Of a stretch of DNA of 64,000 nucleotides, positions 37,811 through 52,100 are shown in pieces. Positions within the stretch are counted from its first letter, which is position 1. Every line of letters starts with the position of its first letter. Both the position numbers and the translations under genes were made by a program. The notes beneath the pieces are model-generated. The model searched no databases and was not told the DNA's origin. It saw nothing but the letters and a program-made list of their open reading frames with translations. The stretch comes from Raillietiella orientalis (Eukaryota): the NCBI GenBank assembly GCA_036172245.1, contig JAYWIR010000089.1:1-64000 (forward strand), in the 5' to 3' direction.

Positions 37811-38499
37811 TGTTCACTGTGAACGGCTCTCAAAGTTCTCATCAGCACATGCTGGGAAAATGAAGACATCGCACGCATCTCTGTTTAACAGATTTTGCGA
37901 AGGATAGCTGCACGTTTTCCAGTTTTCGTTAACACGCCATGTCTGCATCGCAGCCAGGCGAGTGTGAGCAAATGAAAGACCTTCCAGAAATCTCCATCCA
38001 GTTGCTAACAACTGATGCAGCCAGGCTTCGGGGCTCTGAGGGTTAGTGAATTGCAGGTTCCAGTTTCCACAAAGTAGAGAGAGATGCTGCTGAAGATGGA
38101 TAGCCTGGTAGGAACTCCCTGCATGCATGCCGCAGATACAGACGAACCTTCCTGGGAGAGTTGTAAGACCCCACGGTTTGTGACCGCAGTGGAGTGCGAT
38201 GTGCTGCAGGAGGGAAGAATTCGTTTGCGCTTCCCCAATGCTAACCTGCCGTTCTCAATCTCCCACGAGTGAGCCTCCGCAGCAACGCGCGTTGTACAGC
38301 CACCATGGCGAAGGATTGCAGGTTGCCTCCATAGCCACGATGTTGGGAAGGCGTCCAATCGGATGGCCAGAGGCAGGCGGTCTGCCAGTATCGGTGGGCG
38401 ACTGGCTCACGGTCTTCTTTCCAAACTTAGCCATCAAGCAATGTGGACGCCCAATGCGTGCTCGTCGAAAGCCTTTGATCTTCGCGTGGCTAATTGGGA

Positions 38500-40950
38500 T
38501 GGAATTTCCATTCCTGTTCTCTGTTGACTTTTTCACTCTCCGTCCGCATCATCTGAGAATAACGTTTCGATGGCCGACCGCGATTTGTAATGAGTCTCCC
38601 ACTTTTCCGCGTTATCAGAAATAAGGGGACACTGAGGCCATGGTTCCTAGAGAACAGCATGAGTGGAATCCCATAGCACCAATGAGGTTGTACGAGCTCG
38701 CAACGTGCACTCGTCTTCGATGGTTCTCATTGCCTTTCAATGCCTCCCCTTTTTGCCAACTCTAAGAGTCCCTCGAGTTCACGGTAATTGCCCTCTGCAT
38801 TTGATGAAGGAGTGGCGTTTTATCACGGTCATCCGAGTAAGAACGACGGTCAGAAAGTGCGGAAGCTGATAGGGAAGTGAAGCCCATTCCACGGTGCTCT
38901 TGTGGCTGCCCACATCCACAAGAGCACAGCAAGAGTATCGAATTTTTCCTTAAGTTTCTTCCGAAATACAATTGCTTTCCACGTCCCTCGATTTGAAATG
39001 CTAATCTCTTTTTTTCAGTTCCTTCATCTGGTGGCAAGTGCGCTCCTTGCCAATTACTTTGGTGTCACCTTCTTTATTTGTGCCAGCGATAACTTGAGAT
39101 TAGGTGAAAGTCATGGGCCCTGTGAATTCGACGTCTGCTACGGGAATATTGACAACAAGAGAGAATGTGAGATGAGATGGGTCCCACTTGAAATTGATTC
39201 TTGTGGCCTAGATATAGAGGTAGTGCTACCAAATGTTTGAAACAAACTTTTACAGCTGACCTCAGTCATCTTCAAACACGTCAATTGAAGTCTCTGTCAT
39301 GATTTCCGCATCAGAGGGAACTTGCGCATGCGGATATCATATTCCTGGAAATGGGTAAGGTTTTTTCTCTACCTCTTATGCACACGCTATGCGGATGACA
39401 CTATGCAGAACAAACTACGAGTACACGGTACAAGCGAAGAGAAGCAAAACGCGATTTTCTCTGTCACCAATCGATGGGATTGGTTCCATCAGTCAATGTC
39501 TAATTGCTTGAAATCATTGGCTAGAAAATCCCATCTACACACGAAATATGGCCACCAATACTCAGAGGTCGCGCTCTTGACCTTTTCCATTGGATTGCGA
39601 ATTCTTTTAGAGTGTACCAGCTGCTGAATGTATAAGCAAAGACGTCAGAGTGGATGATTTTCAACATTCTGACAGCTCTCGCTGCATTTCCAATGTCCAC
39701 TGATCGAGCCCATGTAGTCGTTCTCGAAATTTTCTCCCAATGACGTAGCAATTTTGTCGGAACACAAAGATCGCAAACATAAAGCAGAGTGATAGCAAAG
39801 ACAGTGTGTTTTACATGTGTTAACCAAACTTCCATTCTAGGGAGGCACACCTAGAAAGGGGAGCTGTACTCTCGACACCATTTTATGTTTGGTGCATATT
39901 CAGAAACCTGCAATGCTACCTGACGTTCAGAAAGTTATGATAATCGAAAAAAGCCTCATTAACAACTTTTGGATGTTTGAAAATAAAGTGAGCGTGCCCG
40001 GCGAAGAATATCCTCATAGAAAACGCTTTCCTAACAGCACAAATTGGGCCCTCAACTCACCTATTGCTCTTTCTGACCGTCACTCAACCTCTGTTGAAAT
40101 TCGTTTTGACTCTTCTCACTCGAGAAGAGAAATCGAGCACATGGTAGTTGGATGGCGCTGTAGAATTCAGTACAGCTGAGTATTCGTTGCAGTAGTCCGA
40201 CTGAAGGCTGCGAAAAGGGCGTCAGACGTCCGGCCCCCACGAAGAATGACCAGACCTAGGACTCCCACCTGTGGGCAGGAGGCTCACCCCATCCGCGTTT
40301 GTACCGCCTCGGAATTCTGGACGAAATTCCAGTAGCCCCTAGAGGATCGTGTTTTCCGAGGAATGGGAGCCCTCCGGAAAGGAAGGTACGGCGACCGTGG
40401 CTGGGCAGGAATCCTCACCGCACACTCTTCTGCTCTCGATCGTGGTGGGGCCGATCAATGCGGAGGGTGTTTTTGCCGAATTTGGAAGCTGCATCCCACC
40501 CGGACCCGAAGCGCCAGCCGCAGGATCACCTTCCCAGCACCTTCCCATACACTCGCCACCTACAATCAACTTCTCGTTGCTTTATAAAACGTCGACGGAC
40601 CTCGCGACGACGGCAAGAGTCGACACACCATTCCCTCCCTGCTAGCCTTCGACCGCGTGCTTTTCGAAGAGAACCACCAGTGCTTGGCAGAACATACGAA
40701 AGGTATCGAAAGCCTGGAGAACGGTCAGCAGTTTACCATTTTAAACGTGCCCAAGGGATCATTCTAGAAAAGAAAGGAAACAAAGTTCACGGGCGAAGGG
40801 ATGTTGGATTGGAGGCATGCCAACGCGCAAGTGGGAACCATCGAAACTTCGGAACGAGAGAAGAAGGACCACTAATGACTTCATAAGCAATACAGAAAAA
40901 GAAATGGGGGCAAATGGAAAACAGGGAACTGTGGTTTGTGATGTTCCCTT
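38500..40950 (+). mobile_element. Decayed LINE RT and downstream region
   Basis: Ordered RT-like relics: FRWPTAICNE (~38570), LVAAHIHKSTARVS (~38900), CGLDIEVVL (~39200) and RYADD (~39385-39399). Confidence 0.55.
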
Positions 40951-41024
40951 CTCCGTAGTACAGGAGGGTAATCACATAAACGTCCTATACGTGTGTTGCC
41001 CGTTCTAGGATGGAAAAGAGGCGT

Positions 41025-41580
41025 TTAGTCCTGCTTGGATGAGCTAGGATTGGAGGTTACTTGCGAACTCAAATGGTTTCTTCCTCGAACGAGGTTGAGC
41101 AGCGGAAGACGAAGCGTTTTCCCCTCCACGTACGACCGGTCTTTCGTCGTCCATTTGAAAGGAATCCGGTCCGGTGTGTGAGGCAGCGATGTCTTCGCGG
41201 CGCCGGCGGACCACGCCACCGTGCGTGCGTGGCCCGCCAGCACAGTAGCGTGGCCAGCACGAGCACCTTTCCAGCAAAGGACGTGGCGGAAAGGGAATCG
41301 TTCTACGAGTTTCCCATTCACGTGCAGCCGGCTTTGTGGGGCGCGCATCTCTCCCGAGAAACTCTTCCATAAAGTGTTGATTGGCGAAAGAAACGTCGAC
41401 ATCCGGTTTGCGAAGAAGCCCAAGTTTGCGGTGAGTGAAACGAAGCCGGTGACCTCAAGAGGAGCTTCCCGCAGATTAAGTGTCGTGACTGCAAGCAACT
41501 TGGGCACTTCAGGCGGGCAGCTCTGGACTCGCAACATAGGCTACTCATCCCTATCAGAAACAGCCCCCCCCCCCCTAGCG
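41025..41580 (-). mobile_element. gag/ORF1-like remnant
   Basis: LRVQSCPPEVP... and a degenerate knuckle VLCWKGARAGHA. Confidence 0.45.
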
Positions 41581-41589
41581 GCGCGACCT

Positions 41590-43195
41590 TCGTGGAAAGA
41601 CAGAAATGATCCTCACCGGGTTTCTCCATGACCAGTTCACCTTACCTGAAAGATCAGTAATATGGAACAGCTTATGCGGGCCCTTTTCTCTTCCACCCGT
41701 ATTTTGCTTGCGCTTTCCCAACGAAAAGGAGCAGCGGGCTCGATGCCTGCAAAGGAACGCTCTCTGGGGAGTTGCAACGTCCAGGATCCGCCTCAAAGAC
41801 GTGGCGGCTCCGCGTCGGGATGCCGGCTTATCCGGCCGCTGGAGCGAATCGGGCTGCAGGTGCAGTTCCGGTACTGTGTGCCAAGCTGTGGACTTCCCCG
41901 ATGTGGGCACCTGCACGCATCATTTTACGGCGATGCGCCGGCAGAGAGGGACTGCTCTCTCTGGTTCCGGACACCCACTACTTGATGCGGAGATTCAGCT
42001 TCTCCTTGAGGCAACTCGCCTCACTTCTGGAAGTCACTCGTGGATCTGCTTGGCGGCAGGAGGCTCTTTAGTCCTGAGTCATGTTCCAGAGAATGTGCCC
42101 TTAATATCTTTGCCCCTTGCGACATCTGCCACCACGACTGCTAGGAGAGCTAATGCAGGACGCGGTGAAGTTTTAAACCCTGACCGCCAAGTCCCTCGCC
42201 GCAGCGCTGTCCGCCCTCAGAGCAACAGATGACATCAGCCTACCGGTGAAGTGGGAGGTTTCCTGCACCATCGTGGGAAGAAGAAAACTCCTTGGCGGCT
42301 GGAAGACGCGCGAGCTGGCGGATGCTGCCATTCCTAGCGCTATGGAGAAGGGTGTAAAGAACTCTTGAGTGTTGGCCCGGAAGAACTTGTGGTCCTTCCC
42401 CATTGTGTAGACGGTTCGCTGTTCCCCCTCTCTTGGAAGTAGACCGCACTGCTCTTTATCCATTTCAGTACAACGAGCGACGGTATCGAGTTTCCGGAGG
42501 GGTTGCATGTCCCAACTGTGTCAAGTGCGGGTCGATGGAGTCGATCCCGCACAGGCACTTGGACTGTTGTGCCCTGCAAGAACTGTGAAAAAGGCGGACA
42601 GCAGCACTTCTGTTCCAGGAGGACACCTCCCGAGACGTGCTGCGGCGGTTCTCCGCACTGAGAGGACTCGGTACCGTGACGATGGCGCAATCGCCACCAT
42701 GGGTTGCATTCGCGCCATCGTCACGGACCGAAATGTGCTGGAGATCACCATGCAGCTAAGGGATGTCACCACGATGGCAGCCGCCTAGCAGCGCGACTGT
42801 GAGGTGGCATTACCTGGACGAAGACACGAAGGCGGAGATGATGACCGCCAGTTGATGGACGGTTTGCAACAGCGTACTCGGTGATTCTTGTCGCCTCCCA
42901 CCCTTTATAATTTTTTCCCTTGTCCTCCGTTCCTATTTGCTCCGCAACTTCCTTGATGCTTCTTTTTTTTTGTTGTTGTCCCTGTGTATACGGAGCGACA
43001 CCAAAATATCCCCGTTCCACCCACTTTGCTTTTTCTTGTGGTTTTCTCCTCGTCCCTCCCCCGTTGCGGACTTTCCGTTTTCCCGGACTGCGTGCCTTTG
43101 GCCCTTTCCTCTTATTTCTTGCTGCCTTTAGGTTGTGCACTCTTGTTCCCAACTGGTTTCCTTTCAACAAATGCCCCGGCGTTACCGGATGAAAA
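41590..43195 (+). mobile_element. 5'-truncated L1/Tx1-like LINE of a diverged subfamily
   Basis: TLPERSVIWNSL, ALWGVATSRIRLKDVAAPRRDAGL, zinc finger CVKCGSMESIPHRHLDC (~42517-42570), T-rich UTR and terminal gccccggcgttaccgg. Confidence 0.8.
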
Positions 43196-46168
43196 ACTTC
43201 AACGTCTGCCTGCCTGCTGTCGGGTGAAAAGTGGGCGCAGGTGCAGGTCAACAGCTGTGTGCGCCCGTGAATGCATGCAACTTGCTGGCCGACGAATCTG
43301 AGATGCAGGAGGCCATCGACCTCCTGCATCTCAGATTGTCGACATTTGTATTGTCGAGTGGAGTAGTCGAGGAGGAGTGGCGTTGGTCCTCTCTGACTAT
43401 CCCAGGCTCGAGCTCAAGCTGCCGCCTCCTGGGATGGGAGGCCTTCAATCATGATGTGCCACCATCTTGCGGAAGGTTCAGAATAGGAGCGCAAACCACG
43501 GGGTTGCCTATGCACCATTCATCAATTATTTATTTGTTTATCCTCTCAGTCCCACCAATGCCCGAAACAATGTCTTCAGCTGATCTGATAGTCGGCAAGT
43601 GATTCCGTTTGAACTTTGAACTTTTTGTTGTGTTTCCTTTTTCATTTGTTTGTGTTGATTCATACGGACCTTATCATTTATGTGTGCATTCTTTATAAAC
43701 AACTGCTCCGGCATGAAAGAATGAAAAGACATAGATTCGCTAGACATCCGCTCTGCACAAGTTTCCCAACGGTATGTCGACGTAGAACGAAGAACCCGTG
43801 TTTTGTCCAGTTCGGTAAGAGGCCCTTCAGAGTGCTGTCAACGACTGTTTACCTGTTGATGCCTTCCTCTCTTGCTCGTCCTCAGTCCCTTCTTGCCTTT
43901 CTCGACAACCAGTCAGCAAATGGAAGAAAAACTGTTCCTGTCTTCAGCGCATTTTTCCTCGGTGCCAGCTGCAGTGTGCTGAAATGTCAAGAACGCCATG
44001 ATTCACCGAGGGCAGAGCAAGTCCAAGTAAACTTGGTGGCGCGTCGAAGGCAAATTTTCCCACTGCGCTGAAGAAGGTCGTTGCCGACCTTCTTCAGCGC
44101 CTGAGGCAAAAGGACTTTCGCGGGCAAATTCCGGAGACGTGCAACGGCAGGCTGGTTGTCGCATCGCAGGATGCGACGTGTTGCGGTTCTTAGACGCCTT
44201 GGATGGAATCCTTTTGATAAATCATGGATTCGCCTCACGAAGCCAAAAGAGCGAAGCACGTGAAGAACACGGCGCCTCCTTTTTGGTATCCGTCATCGAC
44301 GCTCGCTGCGGTCCGGCCATCATGATTTGGCTGGTTTTTTGCCAGCAGAAGAACGTATGAAGGAAAAACAAGGTCGGAAGCTTGGAGCAAGTGCATCAAC
44401 TCTCTCTCCACAGAGTGATGCCCATGTCACTCTCTACAAAAGTTTGCACGTGAGCACAAGAAGATAATCACGTTCGACCTCGAATTCACGACACCTTTTC
44501 AATGCAACTTCGCTGTGGGGTGCTTTTTTTCTTTTGTTTTGAGATGTAAGGATGCGGTCTTTATCCTATGGACCGGTTGACATCCCCGCTTAAAAGTCCC
44601 AACCGAAGAAAAGCTCTCTTACGCGCCTTTCATCGCGGCTCTTGCAGTTTCGAATTCATCCGCTGCTGCACCAGGAGTGATGTCTTCACGAACTTGACTG
44701 AGATTTCGGATGTCTTTTTCCTGGGGTGCGGAACCGCTGTGTCCACATCGAGCGGCACCCTTCCAGACAGCACGTCATGTGGCGATCCCACAAAAGATCG
44801 CATTCCCACGTATTTTTGGGATATTTTTTGCATTCAATGGTATCTTTGGTACGCCAAGAGCACCAGCATATCAGTGATCAGGAATGACGATCGTGCACAT
44901 CTGCAGTAGAGTAGTAGCTGCACCCCATAATTTTTCAGTGAAATCAACCAGGAGAGGAAGTACCTGCAGGAAAAGTGTTACTCCACGGCCATTTGTGATC
45001 TCCGTTTTACTTTTTCATAAAGCATGTTCTCAGGAATTCTGGATCGCTCAGAATTACGTGGGATTCAGGCGGATGCAGCCAAGTTCGCTTTTCCAGGATC
45101 AGGCTAACAGTCATTTCAACATTTGGTGTCATTTCCAACGTGTGACTCCGAAATGAGTGGGATGACTGCCGTCGAATAATGAAGTGCAAGTTTTGAGTCT
45201 GGACAAAACAGCAAGCCATTTCCAAATGAAGGAAAACAGTTGTATTTTTCCAATCTTCCATGGGAATCGAGCGATTCTGACGATTCCCTCGAGCCACACA
45301 GTGCAGGGATTACATTTGTACTAATTTATCCTGAAGATGACGAGATGCTGAAGGAATTCGTTACGAATTGAGAGGCTTTACATTCATTACGTTCATCAAA
45401 GCAAGGTTTTATTTCCATAGACGCAGAGAACAGATATAGATTCATTCTGAAAAGTTTGGAAGAATACGTAAATGTTTGGAAAGTTTGATATAACAACGGG
45501 GTAGGACATAGAGAGTGTGACGCATCTGCATTTACATGGCAGAAATGCACTTGATCACTTGATTCCTGAAGTTTTCAATAAGAAATGTTTCAATATTCAA
45601 CTCCGATTTCCGAGTTTATTCCGAGCTGCTGACTTTTCAACTATTGAAATTCATTTCGAACCGTTTTCACATGGGCGCGGATTACTTTGCGACGACGCGC
45701 CTCTCAAGAACTCTGCAAATGTAGCTTTCTTTCTTCCTAATAAGTGGACGGATCGACACACTTGGCAACACTGAAGGAGATGCCAAGCGGAAAAATGAGA
45801 GCGGGAAACCGCATTCGGAACGATTGGGGCCGCCAAAGGGTTCCCGGAGGGCTCCGTTCACCCGCGTTTGCATGCGGCAGTGTGGGCGGCACCCCCTTCT
45901 CCCGGTTTTTCGAAAGCCGAGGAGAACGCCTGGACTCTTCGAAAGGGGCGCGTTTTCTTCCGGTTCTTCCTCTTCGCAATAGGGACTTCGTTTCCGGGAT
46001 CCGTTGGCTGCTGCTGGAGAGCCGCGTTCCATTGTCGCGATCCATTCTTGGGGATCCCTTTCGCTGCATTGTTGCCAAGCTGCCGCCTCGCCGCTTTCTC
46101 AGCTTGCGTGCCGTGCCGTTCCCGTTTGCGGTGGGGTGGGACAGGGATTCTCCAGTGCATCTGGTACA

Positions 46169-49100
46169 ATGTGTACGCGGCGACTGTACCAGGCCACCCA
46201 CCGTGTTTTCCGGGGGTCCCTGGCACTCTTGGTGCTGGTCTTGTCGTCAGCACGGCTGTCGTCAGCGCAGTGTACCATAGATTACTCTACGGACATGATG
46301 GATAAAGAATTGGACAAAACTTTCGAAAACCAAAGGAGAGGGTACAGAACATTCGGCATCTTAATTGACGCCTCGTATGCCCTCTACGACTACCGCAAGT
46401 ACGTGATCGGATCCACGCACGAAATTCAGAGAAACCTGAATAAGATTTACGATGCGTCATTTTATCCAGTTCTGGTAATGATGTATGGCGACTACACCTT
46501 TTTGAAATGGCCTAAAAGTAAGTTGACCACCTCACTTTTGCGTTCGACCCGCTTGCTTCCATGCTGTGTGAATGGGGGTGAAAAAGAAATGGAAATAGGG
46601 AATGATCATTGCATGAACCACCGAAACTCCGAATCGCAAGCACTCAGTGTTTTGCAAAGAAAAGAAAAAAAAAGTGATGCATATTTCGGTTTCCAGTCGA
46701 TTTCATTAGGCATTCGTGTAAAATACATACATAAGAGAGGGAGATGGACCCTGCGCATCGGAATTCCCGCTTGGCAGAATCCTTTCGATCCCGTTGCCGT
46801 TAGCAACAAGACCGAAGCTTCTCGATCTGCCCCTGCAGCCGTCGATGGCGCGCGCCCCCTCCCCCACCCCCGCGCTTTGGCGTGCAGTGGAAGGAGTGTT
46901 TTCCCGGGGCATTTGTACGGGAAAAAGCACGGGGCAGCGAGGATGGACTACCGCGATAGGTCTCGCCATTGACTGCGGAGAAATAGGGCCATTCATCGTA
47001 CCAGCAAGGAACCCATTCACAGCTATTACAAATAGTCATCACGCGCGCGGCTCAATCAGCCCGTGAGCTTCATACGGAAGTTTCCGCTGAAGTGCCAAAA
47101 ACAAAGTTAAAGTCCTTCAATAGAATGAGACCAAGTGTTCAAAGTCTGAAAAAGAAAAAAACAGGTTGCACCTTTCGTCTTTTAATCACGGTTGACTCGG
47201 CAAAGCTTTTTTTTGGATCATCCCCCTATTTCTTTCTTCCAAAGATTTCCCTTACTGAGAATCTTATCAGTTCATCCATTTGATTCATTTACAAATCAAT
47301 GTACAACTCATCCGAGTGTAAATTTGCATATTAGTACATAATGGTTTCTCTTTTATGAGTTTAGCTGGAGTGGCCCACACAGATGCAGAGTTGTCAGAAA
47401 TACTCTTAATGTTGGATGTAGAGAATTGGTTGCTGATTGACCTTGATTACCCTCAAGGACTATTTTACAGTATATTCCTTACAATTTCTATGCTGCAGGA
47501 AGGGTTTGTATGATTGTATTTATTCAGTTCCATGTGCTTTGGGATCATGGGTTCACATGTGATTGCAAACAGAATTTCTAGTCTTGCCGTTCAAATCAAT
47601 TCTTTCAGCATCTTTCACTTTCATTATGAAGCATTCTGATGCTCACATCGCAGTGAATTTATTTATCGTATCCGTAGCAAAATTACGCTCGTTTATAGGT
47701 TTCGGTTTTACGGAAATTCACTTCAATCAGCTCAATCTGCGGAGCTGCAGGACTTCTAAGGATGTTCTAAGATCACGGTTATGTAATGGAAAAAGAAAAA
47801 TCCAGGAGGAAACGATTGGATCGCAATTTTCAGGATTCAATAAATTCGGGATGGAAAACGGAAGAGTTGGCAGTTTGAAATTCCTCTTAGTGGAAACTTT
47901 CAAATGAAGCTGCACGGCGATGGTCAGTGTGCGGAAATCCTTTGCACTTTGATGCCTTCAGCGATTGAATTCCTCTGGCGAGTACTGTGCTCCTCTCAAG
48001 ATTTCGGATTCAAATTCCCATATTCCAAGGGGACTTCTGTGCAGCGAATGGAGAAGAAATGGAGTTTCTTGTCGAGGACGGAAATGCATTTTATCATTTT
48101 TCTCCTGCCATCCACACAAAGTTCTTCGTACAGGCAGTACAGGCATAACGGAAAAAAGTGCTCCATCAGGAAAATGGATGGTCAGAAGGAGTTTCTGTGG
48201 GATTGTTCTCGAGAACTGAGGCTCGGATTCCCTGTTCGCAATGGTGTTATCGGAACACCACCAGGGTAACACTACCGAGAAGGAAGTCAACGAGAAGCCT
48301 GGTTTTTGATCTTACGGAGAGGAGGAGACACGAATCATTTTTGCTTTTGAAAAGGAGTTTGGGAGATCGCAAGGCACCGAAAGCAGTTTTCGGCAGACAA
48401 CGGAGGATCAGGAAAACAAAAAAAAGCAAGATTCTCGGTTCACCTCTCGTGTTTTGGAACTGAAGTCAGACGATCTGAGGAAATGTAGAATAAGTTGCAC
48501 GAGGACTCCGAACGGGATTGTTTGCGTGGCAAATACAAGATAAGACATTTCTCGTGAACAAACCGTCTCCGAAAAGGTGCGAATACAATATGATGATGAT
48601 AGAAGAATCAGGTCTGAATGGAATAAACTTGTTTCTTACTCTTCAGTGTTGCATGGATGACTAACTATTTAGTACAGACACCACAGGCACACAGGGTGCT
48701 TAGCTCAGAAAGGTGTTCATCAAGTTCCACAATGCAGGAAAAAGCATTCGCAGGAATTTCAAGTCGGACTCCAAATTTGATCTGGGAGATGAGTCCCTTC
48801 TCACTGCGACAAATAGGGAATATCTCACGGATGTATTCCAAGAACAAGCGATAAAAATACTATATATAGTTAGGAAAGTAGATTTGCGAAAAAAAGCATC
48901 TTAATGATAATGAAAAAAACGATTCAAAGGAAATTCAGGGATGCCTACTTTCACCGGCCATTCTCGGAAATAGAATGCTCGATAGAAGCACACCTACACC
49001 ACAAGACCTCGTCTTTTAACCATATGAAGGAACAGGAATTTTCTCTAAATCAGGATATGTTCGTAGAGAACTTTGACAGAAAGGGCTTATAACGACTTTT

Positions 49101-52100
49101 TGAATTGCGTTCTTTATGCACTTGAGGATGAGAGTAGCGATCCTGGACCAGCATGAAATCCGTACCAAGCATGAAAGAAAAAACGCGCAGATATTGAAGC
49201 GCAGGAGCGCAGATAGAGGCTTGACCAACTCTCCTGATGCACGAGCAGTGGATCGAGAATGCTCACATGTTTCTATGGAAACCCAGGCACAGATGCCAAC
49301 GCAAGCCTCAATGCTTGCGCAAACCAAAACTCTTGCAGGAATGAGGAAACTCATTTTCTGAAGTCTGATTATCTTGATTTAAATAAAAATCGGTAAACTC
49401 TTTCGATCACTGACTCGACGTACTGGAGCTCGGATTTAAAGGGTTGACTCTGGTTCCAGCAAACCTCAATTTAGAAATAATGTCAAAATCATTATGTTTA
49501 GATTCAGTAATTGCAAATCAATTAGCACTCTCAACGGAACATTGAAATAGTAACGAAAAGTGGACGAACATTATTTGACATCTGAATTCACTTTCATGTT
49601 TGTCTTTCTCTAAACATCATGGATAATGATCCATGATGCACTCACCGATTATGTTTTCTAATAGTGATCTTTCAACTTCAAAACTGTGCATGAATACTGA
49701 TGGGGTTTTCTTAGGTCTTTTGTTTTCATATACTCCGATGCGGCCAGCAAGTACGAGTATTATCACACAACGATCACCAAAGAATCAATGGACCTAAAAA
49801 TTAAGGTGAAAAAATTCAATGCAAATAGAGAATATTCAAAAATGCTTCTATTACCTTCTTTGATAAATTCATCGAGTAAATGACAAATTTGCTAAACGAA
49901 TTGTTACCCATTGAATTAAAATGTAGTGAGTATTCTATGTTAACGTAAAACGCCACTTTGAATGCACAGAAAAGTACTTTGATATTTCTTTTTAAATTTC
50001 AATTAAACAAACCAAGAGATAAATGTGAGTAAAGAAGAAAACTATGAATGTACTGTTGGATAATAAGCCATGAATCTCATTTTTGCCTCCTCTCGTAAAA
50101 ATAATTTCGAAAGATTTGAGATGTTTCGAAATTATTTTTCACATCTAAATACGAAAAATACCACACCGCTTCTTGCTTAAGATATCCTTCGCTTATTCGA
50201 ATTGCTAGCAGGAATTTTTCTACTAATGAGCCTACTACTCGGAAATTTCATAATGAACAACGCATAAAGAACTCTCGAGCTGTAGAACGAGCACTCTTGC
50301 ATATCTTGCGCTCAGTTGCCCTCAGATACAAGTAGATTCGTTTGACCTGTATCAGCTTCAGCTTCATCTTCCCTCTTTTCCTCCCAAATGAGTGTCTGGA
50401 AACTTACCGAGATAAAATCGGATCTGGGTACTGTGACGAGTTGGAAATGCGTGCTCATTTCATACGGATTCCATAAACGGCTTCTCCATAGAATCACATG
50501 AGGGATGCAGATCTTATCAGTTAGGGTTCATTTTCTGTTACATTTCACTTGGCATTTTACAAATAATTCCGTCAAGTGAAATTCCACTCCCAAGAATAAT
50601 CGGATCGGTAACATACTTTCTATGCAATGTTGTTATCACAGGCATTAGCATTTTTCTTTCAGGAATACATTCATAATCTGTATAATGAATGAGCTAGGAA
50701 ACACACGCTATGGACACAAGAACTGATGGAATGAACTGTGCCAATGAAATGCGGTCGTTCTGAGGAGTTCTTTTGTGTCTTTGGCTCTGAACTTTTATGT
50801 TTCTGTCTTTTCTTTGGATCCATATACATTCTGGTTCTAAGTTCTACTGCTGCTGCTGCATTCATCGGTCTCGGAATTCAAGTCGCCGCATCTGTTTAAT
50901 TCAAATATTTGTGATTTTTTCCTTCTTCGAGCTACTGGCACTCAGCTGGTCACAAGGCCGTCATAATTATGGCATCTGTATTTAGCTGCATCTTCTGACC
51001 ACAAAACATGCAATTCCGAGATGTATTCTTAGAGGTCCATGTTTCCTGCAAAATCTTCTATTATCGAGATTATATGCAAGAGCATTTTTTGCCGCGTTTA
51101 AATGCATGTCTCGCAACAGTTCTTGGACTGAACCTTCCTGAAATTGAATATTTTTGTGTTTGCATAGATCATAGAACTACACCACCATCTATTTATACAG
51201 TGCAGAATCAATGCATTTGATCATAATTCATTTTCGATTCTTTTCTTCACTTGATATCTGTTTGATTCCAGTATATTTACATCCAAGTTAGCCACTCTGC
51301 TTCAGGTCTTAGTGTAGACACCCATAACTTTATGACTGCTACGACTTCCATGATGTTTACGTATGCATCTTCGACCACACCGTCATTCGACGTAAGAATC
51401 TGTTTTCTTTGTAAAAACTTCGACCCATGATTCTCTTTTTCTGAAATTTAACCGTATGTGAAGAGCAGCAAAATAGTTCCGAGTCCAAGAGAATGCAACC
51501 TATTCTCAACAGCCTATTATTATCTCGTGGTGGCATTCCAAAATCTAATGTGCAGCTATCGTTAGAACAAAAACTTTGCCGATGTTGCATTAGAAATCTG
51601 CAGAATTCTCATTATTTGACTGATCACTAATGTTCCGATTGCGTGCTTCACAAGAAAGTTCAGATGAAAGGCAGGATTTGAATTCACAAGTCACGTATCG
51701 AGCGATGCAATGATTCTGCAAAGGCATTCAAGTATTCTGTGATTTCTAGAAACAAAGCATTGCAATGTTTCTGGTTCTGAGTGCCACCGCTGAACAAAGT
51801 TCTCTCGATGTAGCGCAAGAAGGCAATCCTAGCCGAATGCCCATTAAGATTCGTAGAAACTGCATGCCCGCACGAAGCCACAAGATCACTACAAATCACA
51901 AAAGATTACTCCAATCGAGTGGTTTTTTTTCTTCACGAGGGAGACGGCGGACTGCCAAGGATGTTGCAGTTATAGCCATTCGAATGGAAATTCGTTCCGA
52001 GATGGGCTGCACCTCGTGGTCAGATTTGGAAACGACTGCTTGCGAGAACTAACACACTCAATCTGCATGCACACGAACACATAATTAGGATAAAATTGAC

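Noticed and set aside
40190..40300. Hammerhead-like ctgaagg...gaaa
   Set aside because: It does not fit CUGANGA and lacks consistent stems between the two copies.
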